The notes beneath the pieces are model-generated. The model was given only the letters and a program-made list of their open reading frames with translations. It was not told where the DNA came from and did no database searches. This document shows positions 22,326 through 32,700 of a stretch of 58,077 nt of DNA, in pieces (within the stretch, counting starts at the first letter, position 1; each line of letters opens with the position of its first letter). A program made the position numbers and the translations under genes. Source of the stretch: Ignatzschineria sp. (GTDB taxonomy: Bacteria > Pseudomonadota > Gammaproteobacteria > Cardiobacteriales > Wohlfahrtiimonadaceae); NCBI GenBank assembly GCA_030151245.1, contig JASLEF010000016.1:1-58077 (forward strand), in the 5' to 3' direction.

Positions 22326-23243
22326 TTATTTTAAAGTAGCGTATTTTTCAACATCCGGTTTCTGATCAATTTTTGTCAGCCAATCAAAAAAGAGCTTTGA
22401 ACGCTGATTGAGTACTTTATTAGGTAAATGTACCAACTTTAATGGCAAACTTGCTAAAGGATATTCTTGTAAAATCGGGACCAATTTCCCCGACTGTATA
22501 TGCTCATCTGCTAAATATAGTGCCACAACGGAAATACCTTTCCCTGCTAGAGTATAAGCTAACGCTGTTTCAGAATCAGTCACAGCAATATCATGATTCA
22601 TTCTTATATAACGCAAGCCCTCATCTTTTAAGAAAGACCAAGGATAAATTCTGCCTGTTCCTACTGAGAAATAGTTGATTGCTTTATGTTTTTCTAAATC
22701 TTCTAATGTATTGGGTGTTCCATATTTTTCTAAATATTCAGGAGAGGCGCAGCAGATAAAATGCACTTCTGCCAGTAAATGAACCTCTAAATCTTGCTCT
22801 GAGGTTTCGCCTACTTGTAAGGCAAAATCAATCGCTGATTCATTAAAGTTAACATTGTGGCTATTAGTTCCTAGCAAGATCTCAATATGTGGATACGCTT
22901 CCTGAAAGCGCATTAAATGTGGTAACAGATAACTCCTTGCAATCGTAGGGGTCGCTTCTATCCTCACTCTTCCTGCCGGTCCTTCAAATGGCATTTTTAA
23001 TTGCTCTTCCATTACTTCCATACGCTCTAAAATATCGATCACATGATGATAATAGAGCTCGCCTTCAACTGTTAAATCGACGCGTCTCGTAGTTCGATTA
23101 AATAATTTTACATTTAAATGCTCTTCTAACTGTGTAATGGCTTGACTCACTGCCGGTCTTGTAATATCTAATTCTTCTGCTGCTCGACTAAAACTTTTGT
23201 GCTCTGCAACAGATCTAAAAATTCTCATAAGTCGTAATGTCAT
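22326..23243 (-). CDS. LysR family transcriptional regulator (CrgA-like)
   Basis: SFSRAAEEL...VSQAITQLE...LFNRTTR HTH; CASPEYL substrate domain. Confidence 0.92.
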   Translation of the reverse strand: MTLRLMRIFRSVAEHKSFSRAAEELDITRPAVSQAITQLEEHLNVKLFNRTTRRVDLTVEGELYYHHVIDILERMEVMEEQLKMPFEGPAGRVRIEATPTIARSYLLPHLMRFQEAYPHIEILLGTNSHNVNFNESAIDFALQVGETSEQDLEVHLLAEVHFICCASPEYLEKYGTPNTLEDLEKHKAINYFSVGTGRIYPWSFLKDEGLRYIRMNHDIAVTDSETALAYTLAGKGISVVALYLADEHIQSGKLVPILQEYPLASLPLKLVHLPNKVLNQRSKLFFDWLTKIDQKPDVEKYATLK

Positions 23244-23484
23244 ATCATTTCCCCTAGTTAATGTCCTATTAATATAATTATTACGGAAATAATTAATAAA
23301 CGCCAGTCATTATTCACAAACCTACATTTACAAACAATAATTTATAAAAAATAACAATGATTATATTTTGATTCCTTTCGAGCTTATCAAGAATATTCAA
23401 CCGATAACTAACTGAAATTTCCGCTTAAATCGGAAGGGTATCAACATTTCTCAAAAATTTTACAGCAGATATTTGATAATATCC

Positions 23485-24045
23485 CTAAGCATTTTTTGTA
23501 AAATGATTAATTTTTTCAATAAGTGCGGGTAAGTACCACTCTGTAATAAAAAGAGACTGCTGATTAATGATAAAAAAAGAGCGGCGCGCACAGATCAAAA
23601 CATTGTCATCTAAGGTATTTGAGAAAGGCAAAAAAGATAGATCCTTTGCAGTAAAAAGAGCATAGCGAAAAGGAGACCGCTCAAACTTCGCTTCTGGTGA
23701 AAACAGACGGCGCCCCAATGATGAAGTTCCACAATGGAGGTATTCTGTCCATGTTTTAGCATCCATAGAACAATGACTTTCTGCATAAATCACCGGTGAA
23801 TGAGATAGCTGTAATTGAACCTTCCGACAGAGCTGCACCCTTTTTTGGGGTAAATCACAATAGTAATCATCTGTCTCTGATAATGCCAATAACTCAACAC
23901 TAAAATGAGGATCTAAGGCTTCTAATCCTTGTGTTAAAGAGTCAACGGTTAACAATGCATGCAATCTCTCTAACAAATCTTTTCCCCGCTCTGAACAAGA
24001 TGTTGTTAATGCCTCTAAAGATTGCCATTGTTGTAGTGATATCAC
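23485..24045 (-). CDS. ubiC: Chorismate pyruvate-lyase UbiC-like
   Basis: SLT, RKVQL...PVIYAES, SLGRRLF, ARRS, ITEWYLP; GTG start. Confidence 0.75.
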   Translation of the reverse strand: MISLQQWQSLEALTTSCSERGKDLLERLHALLTVDSLTQGLEALDPHFSVELLALSETDDYYCDLPQKRVQLCRKVQLQLSHSPVIYAESHCSMDAKTWTEYLHCGTSSLGRRLFSPEAKFERSPFRYALFTAKDLSFLPFSNTLDDNVLICARRSFFIINQQSLFITEWYLPALIEKINHFTKNA

Positions 24046-24172
24046 GCCGATTAACTCCCATTGTTACTCTAGTCATAGACTCGCCATTACAGTGACGATA
24101 CAGTCAAGAAGATATTACTAGATTTCCAAAATATTACTATATAAATAGATAACTTTTAATCAAGCAAACCAT

Positions 24173-24205
24173 AAAAAAAGAGCAGATAATGATCCGCTCT
24201 TTTTT
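24173..24205 (-). terminator. Terminator after DEAD-box helicase gene
   Basis: Minus strand GAGCGGAT-CATT-ATCTGCTC flanked by A and T runs. Confidence 0.8.
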
Positions 24206-24237
24206 AGCTATTTCATGATTACTGATCCATTAATAGA

Positions 24238-25782
24238 TTAGTTACTCGCTCTACGGCTAGGACGACTCGTAGCTCCTGCCGCACGCTGTTCACGTCTAGC
24301 AGGTCTTGCTTGACCTTCGCGACGCTCTGTACGACCGCCCTCACGACGCTCAGTTCTGACATTAGCTCCCGCAGAAGAGCCTTCCCGACGACCGCCTTCT
24401 CGACGATCGTCACGGCGACCACCTTCACGACGATCTGAACGAGCTCCTTCGCGATCACCACGACCACTACTTCTTCGTCCTTCAAAACGCCCACGACCTT
24501 GTCCACCAGGACGTCCGCCATTGCCACGGCCACGACCACGACCTTTTGGTGCGCTACGTACAGGCTCTCTTTTAGGTTCTAAGCCATCAATGATGCTCGC
24601 CTTGATTTCCAATTGAATAAAGTTTTCAACAGCATCTAATAAACGCTTATCTTTAAAGTGAACAAAAGTTACCGCGATCCCTTCTCGTCCTGCGCGACCT
24701 GTACGACCAATACGATGAACGTAATCTTCAGGCTGGCGAGGAACTCCGAAGTTGAAAACATGCGTAATTGTTTCAACGTCAATGCCTCGGGCAGCGACAT
24801 CCGTTGCCACTAAAATCTTTGTTTTTCCACGGCGTAAATTATCTAAACAACGATTTCTCACACGTTGTTGCATTCCACCATGGAGGTAATCAACGGAGAG
24901 CCCTAAATCTTTTAGCTCTTCAGCAATTTCTTCTGTATCAAGCTGTGTCGGAACAAACACTACTGTTTGATCAATTTCTGCATTCTCAAGCCAATGGAAC
25001 AACATTTTTTTCTGGTGTTCACGACCATCTGCCCAATGTAAAATCTGAGTGATATTCTTATTGATCGTATCTTTTGGTGAGATTTCAACACGAATAGGAT
25101 GATTCATCATCCCTTCTGCTAAGTGCATCACTTTCGGAGGGAAAGTTGCAGAGAACATGAGTGTTTGACGGTTATTGACACAGCTCTTATGCAATGTTTC
25201 TAAGTCTTCGGAGAAGCCCATATCAAGCATTCTATCTGCTTCATCTGCGATAAAGAAACTGACTTTATCAAAGCTAATTTCTCTCTGCTTATAAAGATCA
25301 ATTAAACGTCCTGGAGTAGCGACTAAAAGAGTGACATTCTGTAATTCACGAATTTGGCGACCATAAGGCATTCCACCAACAACCGTTGCAACACGGAAAT
25401 CACGATGACTACCTTTTAATTGAATCGCTTCACCTGCAACTTGCAACGCTAATTCACGTGTAGGACACATCACGATAGCTCTTGGCTCTGGCATTGAGTA
25501 ACGTTGATTGCGACCGCCACGACCACGGCCTCTTTTTTGCCCCTTCTCTTCACCACTATTCTCGTCTGATGGCACATCTTTTTCTGCCATAATCTGATGA
25601 AGAATAGGTAATAAGAATGCTGCTGTTTTACCACTCCCTGTTTGACTAGATACCATTACATCTTGTCCGCCCATAGCCATTGGAATGACTTTAGACTGAA
25701 CTTCTGTTGCTGTATCGTAACCCATCTTTTCGACAGCCGTCAAAAGGATAGGATTTAAATTTAAATCTGAAAATTTAGACAT
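24238..25782 (-). CDS. DEAD-box RNA helicase with Arg/Gly-rich tail
   Basis: Q motif, SQTGSGKT, PTRELA, TPGR, DEAD, SAT, ARGID, HRIGRTGR. Confidence 0.95.
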   Translation of the reverse strand: MSKFSDLNLNPILLTAVEKMGYDTATEVQSKVIPMAMGGQDVMVSSQTGSGKTAAFLLPILHQIMAEKDVPSDENSGEEKGQKRGRGRGGRNQRYSMPEPRAIVMCPTRELALQVAGEAIQLKGSHRDFRVATVVGGMPYGRQIRELQNVTLLVATPGRLIDLYKQREISFDKVSFFIADEADRMLDMGFSEDLETLHKSCVNNRQTLMFSATFPPKVMHLAEGMMNHPIRVEISPKDTINKNITQILHWADGREHQKKMLFHWLENAEIDQTVVFVPTQLDTEEIAEELKDLGLSVDYLHGGMQQRVRNRCLDNLRRGKTKILVATDVAARGIDVETITHVFNFGVPRQPEDYVHRIGRTGRAGREGIAVTFVHFKDKRLLDAVENFIQLEIKASIIDGLEPKREPVRSAPKGRGRGRGNGGRPGGQGRGRFEGRRSSGRGDREGARSDRREGGRRDDRREGGRREGSSAGANVRTERREGGRTERREGQARPARREQRAAGATSRPSRRASN

Positions 25783-25946
25783 AAGTATATTGACTCCATT
25801 AAAAAATGGAATTCCTTTGTATTATATTGTAGGGGAATGCGCTTGAACATTCGGCCAAAAAATCATCGACCAAATCTCAAATAAGTGTCAAGTACACTTA
25901 TGTCATAATCTCGAATTATGAACCAACAGGGCGATGGGAAGCGCAT

Positions 25947-25974
25947 ATAATACGCCTTTTTCAATTTTTTTCAA
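25947..25974 (-). promoter_or_regulatory. Putative sigma70 promoter of the DEAD-box gene
   Basis: Minus strand TTGAAA-16bp-TATTAT followed by GC-rich ATGCGC. Confidence 0.5.
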
Positions 25975-26306
25975 GCATATTTGTCGCAATGTCAAATATC
26001 TGGTCACTAAAAATGATATTTTTTTACTTTTTTGCCACCTATAAGCATCACAGCACCTTAAAGCCCCAAACTCCATAAGCTTCAGTAGGACTTATTAAAT
26101 AGATATGATGTAGCGATGTCGTATCACGATCGCGAGATGTTGTTGAAAAGCTCGATAAAATCCAACTGCGTTCAACTGCTTGTCGTGATGTAATTTTGAA
26201 TGCTCAGCAGACTTTAAACAACAGAATTCAACACTAAATACTCCAAAGAACTCAAGACTCTTCCCATAAACCCTCTATAGAAAATCTCTATAGAAAAAAT
26301 TATAGT

Positions 26307-26357
26307 AAAAAAATGGGCTATTATTTAAAGAATCATTTAAAGAAGAAACCCATTTTT
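26307..26357 (-). terminator. Probable terminator after hrpA
   Basis: Long imperfect inverted repeat AAAAAATGGG...CCCATTTTTT. Confidence 0.55.
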
Positions 26358-26414
26358 CAACCTGTTTTTGATTGATTAGACGCATCTATCAATGCGTTAA
26401 CTATCAATAATAGT

Positions 26415-29400
26415 TTATTGATAGCTACTATTTTTGATTAAAAGATCAATCTCTTCCCACGTTTTCTCCAATCTTTTTTCTGAAACTGTCACCTTTGTTT
26501 TCATCGGTTGAGAGAAAAAAGAAACCGCCATCTCTTCAATCATCCAGCGATACTCCTCGACCAACGCTAACTTTTCTTCCCGTTTCCCAAAGAAGGCTTT
26601 TGCGGATTCATACTGCTGCCAGTGCTTCTCAATAATACTATTTTGGCTATTATCACGATTCATATTTTGAGGGAATCGTTCTACACGAAGTTTGATTGCC
26701 TCTAAAAAGCGCGGCAATTCTTCCCGCCACTCTTTCGGCGTATCGGTAATAAAATCTGCATAAATGAGACGATCTAAAGCATGTTTAATTCGCTTTTCAG
26801 CAATCGCACGATTCATGGGATGTAATTCATTTAAAGAATCTCTGACTTTTTTAAACTTCTCAAAAATCTCCACAATCAAGTTACTGAGCTTTGTGGCATC
26901 CGCTACAATTTCCTTACGCATCCTATCAAGCACTTTGTGAAATTGCGCTGCATCTTGAGGTAAATCTTCTCCTAAAAAGGCATCTTTAATAATCGCTCGC
27001 ATTAAATCATCTTGAAGTAGTGTTTCATTTCCTACCTGTTTAAAAAGCAGTCTGAGCTTCCCAAATTGAGGCCATTGCTTCCGGAGGTATTTAACCTGTT
27101 CGTGCAATGTCTTTAAGGTTAACAGCACTAAGCTATCAAGGTGCTTTTCTCTTGCTATATGAGGTCTATCAAATAGCTGTGTCTTTAAAGTGACGGGTTG
27201 ACTATCTGTCGCGATTAATGCCGGATATCCTTTTAGTTCAATACCATTACGTATAAACCGTACTTCAGGCTCAATCTTCCAATTCTCTAACGATAGTGGC
27301 TGATTGAACATTGCCGTATCTTCTTGTAGACGATGATCTTTTGTTTCACCTTCTTGATTTTCGGATAGAGATAGTTGATCTTTTTGCTTCCCCCGCTTAT
27401 GAGGATGAGAAGATGCTCTATTTCGTCCAAAGCTTTCTGCCAGCTTTTGAAATGCATTCTCTGCTTGCCCTCGCAACTTATGGGTTAATGCAGTCAGATC
27501 TCTCCCTTCTGCGATCGTTTTACCACCGGTATCTATCACACGAATATTCATGCGTAGATGCTTATCAAGAACCTCCTCATTGAAGAAATGGGGCTCAATA
27601 TTAACTCCAGAGCGTTTTGTTAGAAAATCAGCGATCTGAAAATAGAGGTTCCCTTCCCCAAAGGTTAACTTATCAGCCATCTCTTTTGCCACATCAGGCA
27701 GAGGTACAAAGTGCCGACGAAGCGCTCTGGGCAAAGAGCGCATGATTTCTGTAATCTTTTCTGTCAATAACCCTGGTACAAGCCAATCTAAACGGGTCTT
27801 TTCTAATAAGTTTAACGCTGCTAAAGGGACCATCAAAGTCATTCCATCATGCGCTGATGCTGGATCAAAAAGATAGACAGCCTGAAGCTTTAATTGTCCA
27901 AAATGAATTGTCGTGGGAAACTCTTCCAAATTCAGCACATCATTATTATCTAAGATGTCATCTTGCGTGAAGATCAGCGCATCATTATTTTTGCGGTTTT
28001 TACACCATTTTTCCAATGTCGCAACCGAATAAATATTCTGTGGCAAACGTGCATTGTACCATTCAAACAACTTCCACTCTTCGATCAATATATCACGGCG
28101 ACGAGTCTTCTCTTCCATCTCCGCCACTTTCTCAATCGTTTTTAGATTTTCACGGTAAAAATGTGCTCGAGTATGAATTTCACCCTCGACCAATCCTTCC
28201 CGTATCATCAATTCTCGAGAGATATCTGGCTTAATTGCCCCGAAGGAGACGGTACGGTTTTTAATAATTGCTAAGTTAAAGATTTTTACCGTTTCATGCG
28301 CTGCAGCTTGCCCTTGCTGCTTACTCCAATGGGGTTCTGTGTATTCTTTTTTAAGGAGATGCTTTCCTAGAGATTCAACCCACTCGGGATTAATCGCCGC
28401 ATTTAACCGCGCATAGACTTGACTGGTCTCCACAATCTCTAATGCCATAATCCATTTTGGGGGCTTTTTAAATAGAGAAGATCCTGGAAATATCCTAAAC
28501 TTTCGACCATTGCTTCCTGTGTAAAGTTTATCCTCTCCTAATTCTCCAATCTGATCCAAAATTCCGACTAAGATCGACTGATGAATCTGATCTTGATTAA
28601 ATTTAGGAAAACAATATTTTCCCTCCTTAAAGCCAGGTGGCTGATGAGTTGGATCATTTTTGGGAAATGGGTTTAATGAGAGCTTTAATTTTTGAAAGAC
28701 TGATTTAAGCTGTTGGTATAGATCAAACCATTCTCTCATCCGCATAAAATTTAAAAAGTGCGCACGGCTCTCTTTACGCATCTGACTTTGACTCTCTTTT
28801 TGCGCTTCGCCTTGATACCAAGACCAAAGATTCAATAGAGCAATAAAATCTGAGTGAGATGCCCTAAAAATACGATGCTTCTCATCTGCCTGTTGCTGAT
28901 ATTCAAGTGGCCTTTCCCGAGGATCTTGGATAGACAATCCCGCCACGAGCACTAATAACTCATGCCCAACGCCTTGATGCGCGCCATGAATCATCATGGC
29001 TCCAAATTTAGGATCTATCGGCATTTGCGCAAGGGTTTTTCCAAGTGAAGTTAAAGCGCCATTTTCTCTTACCGCTTTAAGCTCTTTTAATGTCTGAAAT
29101 CCCTCTCGTATTTGACGCATCTCCGGCATTTCAATAAAAGGAAAATTCTCCGGATTTCCAAGTCGTAAATGCCCCATTTGTAAAATGACTGATGCGAGAT
29201 GTGTTCTTAGAATTTCAGGATCTAAAAACTCTGGACGACTATTAAAATCTTCTTCACTATAAAGACGAATTGCAATCCCTTCCGCGACACGGCCACAACG
29301 ACCTGATCTCTGGTTTGCCGCAGCTTGAGCGATCGGCTCAATTAGTAAACTTTGCAGGCGCGAGCGTGCACTATATCGACTAACGCGTGCGACTCCTGTA

Positions 29401-30488
29401 TCTATGACATAGCGAATCCTAGGTACCGTGATAGATGTTTCTGCTACGTTTGTCGCTAATACAATTCGCTTAGGACCTCTAGGAGAAAAGATCTTATTTT
29501 GCTCTGCCTGGCTTAAACGGGAGAAGAGCGGTAAAACCTCATAACTCCGAAACTCTTTACGTAATAACTCTGCTGTTTCTAATATCTCCCTCTCGCCTGG
29601 GAGAAAAACGAGGATATCTCCTTCCTGCTCTTGCTCTAACTCACGAACGGCCTGAATAATTCCCTCTTCCATCTCTATGGGATCATTCTCTTCATCTAGG
29701 TGCAGATCTCGATAACGTATCTCTACGGGATAAGTTCTTCCAGAGACTTCAATAATCGGGGCTTTTTTAGGTCCACCAAAGTAGTTAGAGAATTTTTCAG
29801 GATCAATCGTCGCGGAAGTAATAATCAGTTTTAAATCAGGACGTCTTGGCAGAATGTTTTTTAAAATTCCTAAAAGAAAATCAATATTAAGGCTACGTTC
29901 ATGAGCTTCATCAATAATAATGACTTCATATTGATTTAAAAAGCGATCATGCGTCAGCTCTGTCAGCAAGATTCCATCTGTCATGAGCTTTAAGACAGTC
30001 TTATCATCTGTCTTATCATTAAAACGCATTTTATAGCCGACAAAATCCCCTAACGGTCTTTCAAGTTCTTCAGCAATTCTCTCTGCAACTGAACGCGCCG
30101 CTAATCTACGAGGCTGAGTATGCCCAATTAACCCTCTAGAACCTAAGCCCATCTCTAAGCAAAATTTGGCCAGCTGTGTGGTCTTTCCTGACCCTGTCTC
30201 CCCACAGATAATCACAACTTGATGTTTTTTAAGGGCTGCAATCACCTCTTCGCGCGCTTGGTAGATCGGTAGATCTTCTTGATAATTGAGCGCTGGGAAA
30301 TTTGATCGAATCTCATCAGTTGCTGTAGCTGAGGCAACAATTTGAGTTTTTAATTTCTCAATCATCTCTTGAGAAGGACTTGCTTCACGCTTTAAATTTC
30401 TCAGCTCTCGCGTCAAATAGTGACTGTTACGGGTCTGTGTAAAAGGTAATAGCGCCTCTAGCTGCGCAATTTCATTTTTAATATCCAT
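26415..30488 (-). CDS. hrpA: ATP-dependent RNA helicase HrpA
   Basis: GETGSGKTTQL, TQPRRLAA, DEAH, SAT, TNVAETS, QRSGRCGR, C-terminal WLVPGL region. Confidence 0.96.
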   Translation of the reverse strand: MDIKNEIAQLEALLPFTQTRNSHYLTRELRNLKREASPSQEMIEKLKTQIVASATATDEIRSNFPALNYQEDLPIYQAREEVIAALKKHQVVIICGETGSGKTTQLAKFCLEMGLGSRGLIGHTQPRRLAARSVAERIAEELERPLGDFVGYKMRFNDKTDDKTVLKLMTDGILLTELTHDRFLNQYEVIIIDEAHERSLNIDFLLGILKNILPRRPDLKLIITSATIDPEKFSNYFGGPKKAPIIEVSGRTYPVEIRYRDLHLDEENDPIEMEEGIIQAVRELEQEQEGDILVFLPGEREILETAELLRKEFRSYEVLPLFSRLSQAEQNKIFSPRGPKRIVLATNVAETSITVPRIRYVIDTGVARVSRYSARSRLQSLLIEPIAQAAANQRSGRCGRVAEGIAIRLYSEEDFNSRPEFLDPEILRTHLASVILQMGHLRLGNPENFPFIEMPEMRQIREGFQTLKELKAVRENGALTSLGKTLAQMPIDPKFGAMMIHGAHQGVGHELLVLVAGLSIQDPRERPLEYQQQADEKHRIFRASHSDFIALLNLWSWYQGEAQKESQSQMRKESRAHFLNFMRMREWFDLYQQLKSVFQKLKLSLNPFPKNDPTHQPPGFKEGKYCFPKFNQDQIHQSILVGILDQIGELGEDKLYTGSNGRKFRIFPGSSLFKKPPKWIMALEIVETSQVYARLNAAINPEWVESLGKHLLKKEYTEPHWSKQQGQAAAHETVKIFNLAIIKNRTVSFGAIKPDISRELMIREGLVEGEIHTRAHFYRENLKTIEKVAEMEEKTRRRDILIEEWKLFEWYNARLPQNIYSVATLEKWCKNRKNNDALIFTQDDILDNNDVLNLEEFPTTIHFGQLKLQAVYLFDPASAHDGMTLMVPLAALNLLEKTRLDWLVPGLLTEKITEIMRSLPRALRRHFVPLPDVAKEMADKLTFGEGNLYFQIADFLTKRSGVNIEPHFFNEEVLDKHLRMNIRVIDTGGKTIAEGRDLTALTHKLRGQAENAFQKLAESFGRNRASSHPHKRGKQKDQLSLSENQEGETKDHRLQEDTAMFNQPLSLENWKIEPEVRFIRNGIELKGYPALIATDSQPVTLKTQLFDRPHIAREKHLDSLVLLTLKTLHEQVKYLRKQWPQFGKLRLLFKQVGNETLLQDDLMRAIIKDAFLGEDLPQDAAQFHKVLDRMRKEIVADATKLSNLIVEIFEKFKKVRDSLNELHPMNRAIAEKRIKHALDRLIYADFITDTPKEWREELPRFLEAIKLRVERFPQNMNRDNSQNSIIEKHWQQYESAKAFFGKREEKLALVEEYRWMIEEMAVSFFSQPMKTKVTVSEKRLEKTWEEIDLLIKNSSYQ

Positions 30489-30744
30489 TCGGTATTTCTA
30501 TTATTAACTCTAATTCTATGGGAGGGATAACACTTCATCACGGAGTATTCTTAACTCAAACTTCCTGCAACTTTGCATACGACTATTTAGTCATCCAACT
30601 AAAAGTCTCTATAAAAGAGAACTACCAACGTATACACTAATAGCATCTGTTGCTCATTTGGTAAATTTAATACGAATATTCACCATTATCTATATCAGAC
30701 GAACCTGAAATGATGATACGCAAGTTTTGCCTTAAATCTTTCCA

Positions 30745-30993
30745 TTAGTAATGTGGGGGAACTTCTTCTGCAGCGCTCCAAGATTTCTCTTCACTGCCGG
30801 GCATCTCTTTTACCTTATCGATAAGTTGCTGCGAGACTCGAACTAAGCGATCGAGCATCTCTTGTTGCCGTATAATAGTTTGATTAAGATTCTCCACTGT
30901 ATATTCATGAAAGGCTTCACGACTCTCTAGCTCCATTACTCTGGCTGCTAACTCTTGGATTTGCTCTTCTAGCGTTAACGCTTTATGACTCAT
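30745..30993 (-). CDS. slyX: SlyX family protein
   Basis: ELESREAFHEYTVENLN coiled coil and C-terminal PPHY. Confidence 0.9.
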   Translation of the reverse strand: MSHKALTLEEQIQELAARVMELESREAFHEYTVENLNQTIIRQQEMLDRLVRVSQQLIDKVKEMPGSEEKSWSAAEEVPPHY

Positions 30994-31118
30994 AACGACG
31001 ATCTCTTTTCTAATATTGTGAACATTATATCCTGAAACAATAAGTTCGATAGATATCTCTCTTACCCTCTCCTTAAGTTAGATACAAAAGGCTGTAGATT
31101 GTTCTCAAATAAGGTACG

Positions 31119-31152
31119 AAAAAAAGCCGAACTGTTAAAAGTTCGGCTTTTT
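31119..31152 (-). terminator. Terminator of tRNA-Gly copy 1
   Basis: AAAAAGCCGAACT-N6-AGTTCGGCTTTTT. Confidence 0.85.
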
Positions 31153-31157
31153 AAATT

Positions 31158-31233
<76 letters not shown>

Positions 31234-31247
31234 AGAAGATGTAGGCT

Positions 31248-31275
31248 ATTATAGACCGAATTCTTATTCTGTCAA
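31248..31275 (-). promoter_or_regulatory. sigma70 promoter of tRNA-Gly copy 1
   Basis: Perfect TTGACA-16bp-TATAAT on the minus strand, 14 bp before the tRNA. Confidence 0.9.
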
Positions 31276-31294
31276 TCCTATTAGTGACCAAATA

Positions 31295-31924
31295 CTAAAC
31301 ATTTTTTAAAAACGGCCAATAACGCATAAAGCCATCAATCGTTTGATTTAATGTCATAACGGTTTCTCCGTCCTTATGATCAGTGATCTCAATAGAGATT
31401 CCATTGAGAAAGACTATAATCATCGTTACAGAGGCTTCAATATTTGTCTCTAATGGCAGCTCACCACAAGCAACTCCTTCTGCAACTTTAGTTACAAGTT
31501 GCGCTCGAAGGTTATCTCGAATCTCTGCCAAGAACTCTCTAATCCCAATATTATCAGGACTTAAACCTTTATCACCTAATAATAGCAAGCAACCTCGAGC
31601 GGTCTCTCTTTGCGCAAGTACTTCAATGGCTCTCTTAAGCAAATTACTGAAAGCTTCTTTCGTCGAGACATCTTCTTTGACAGCGCCCCAGACATAAGCC
31701 CCTTCACACTCTATATATGATTTTACGGCCTCTTTAAACAAGGACTCTTTATCCCCAAAAGCAGCATATAAGCTTGTCGCCTTTAACCCTGTTGCTTCCA
31801 GTAATCTAGAGATTGATGTGCCTTCATAGCCGTATTGCCAAAATACATCCATCACCGTACGCAATGCTACCTCTCGATCAAATGTACGAGGTCTCCCCCG
31901 AGGATTTCTCAATTTTTCCGTCAT
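31295..31924 (-). CDS. TetR/AcrR family regulator
   Basis: RGRPRTFD...FWQYGYEGTS...SLYAAFGDKESLF; RGCLL. Confidence 0.93.
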   Translation of the reverse strand: MTEKLRNPRGRPRTFDREVALRTVMDVFWQYGYEGTSISRLLEATGLKATSLYAAFGDKESLFKEAVKSYIECEGAYVWGAVKEDVSTKEAFSNLLKRAIEVLAQRETARGCLLLLGDKGLSPDNIGIREFLAEIRDNLRAQLVTKVAEGVACGELPLETNIEASVTMIIVFLNGISIEITDHKDGETVMTLNQTIDGFMRYWPFLKNV

Positions 31925-32042
31925 GATTTCCTATTGATGTTGACTAAAAAATAGTGCCTACTCCTGCAAAACTTTACTGCAAAGCGATCTCTTTTTCTAA
32001 TTTTTCATGCAAATAAGTAAAAATATATAAATAATCAGAAAG

Positions 32043-32058
32043 ATAATCAGCTGATTAT
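32043..32058. promoter_or_regulatory. Perfect 16-bp palindrome, candidate TetR operator
   Basis: ATAATCAGCTGATTAT, with an extra ATAATCAG half-site at 32031-32038, about 120 bp upstream of tetR. Confidence 0.45.
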
Positions 32059-32700
32059 TTTACTAATTCAATAATAAATTTTGAGTAACCATTCACCAGT
32101 TTTTAGACACTTACCGCTACACAATTCTCCTCATCTTAAAAAATATCAGAATCAATCCTGAATTCATCACGCGATCATCATTAAAATCACAGTCAAAGAG
32201 ATCACTTCAGTATAATGGATGCCTCTACCTGTGCCTATAGCCCACTCGATCTACCCCTTTCACGAACAATATCTCGCCCCCAAATCCCGTTCTACAATAG
32301 AAATGAAAATACCGCCCCTTTTAATGCTCCCCCTCTTACATTTAATTTCGGCAAGAATAACCATCTATCCTCAACCTCTAAACCTCTATTGCATCACCCA
32401 TGAATATGATCACTTACCATTTAAGCCTCTTTTAATAATCCCCAGCTAATCCCTCATCATGTCATTAATGCCATAGCATCAACGCTTCACATACGTCTGA
32501 AAGAGTGCTCTAACTTATACAAACCCCCTATTAATTCTGCACTTATCGAAATCATGGCTGAATATTGACGCCTCCCCCTCTATACAACCTGCTAAAAGAA
32601 GAAATTTGATGTATTCTTTATCGTGGTTACACTATGATTTATCAGATAAGTTTGTGTCATCGCTATTAACAAGCGGCAAAAATTAGAGGGAATTCACATC

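Noticed and set aside
24219..24539. Val-rich 106-aa ORF
   Set aside because: Alternate frame of the Arg/Gly-rich helicase tail.
32215..32449. Two short ORFs in the tetR-yafJ spacer
   Set aside because: No RBS, Pro/Leu bias from C-rich DNA, no recognisable motif.
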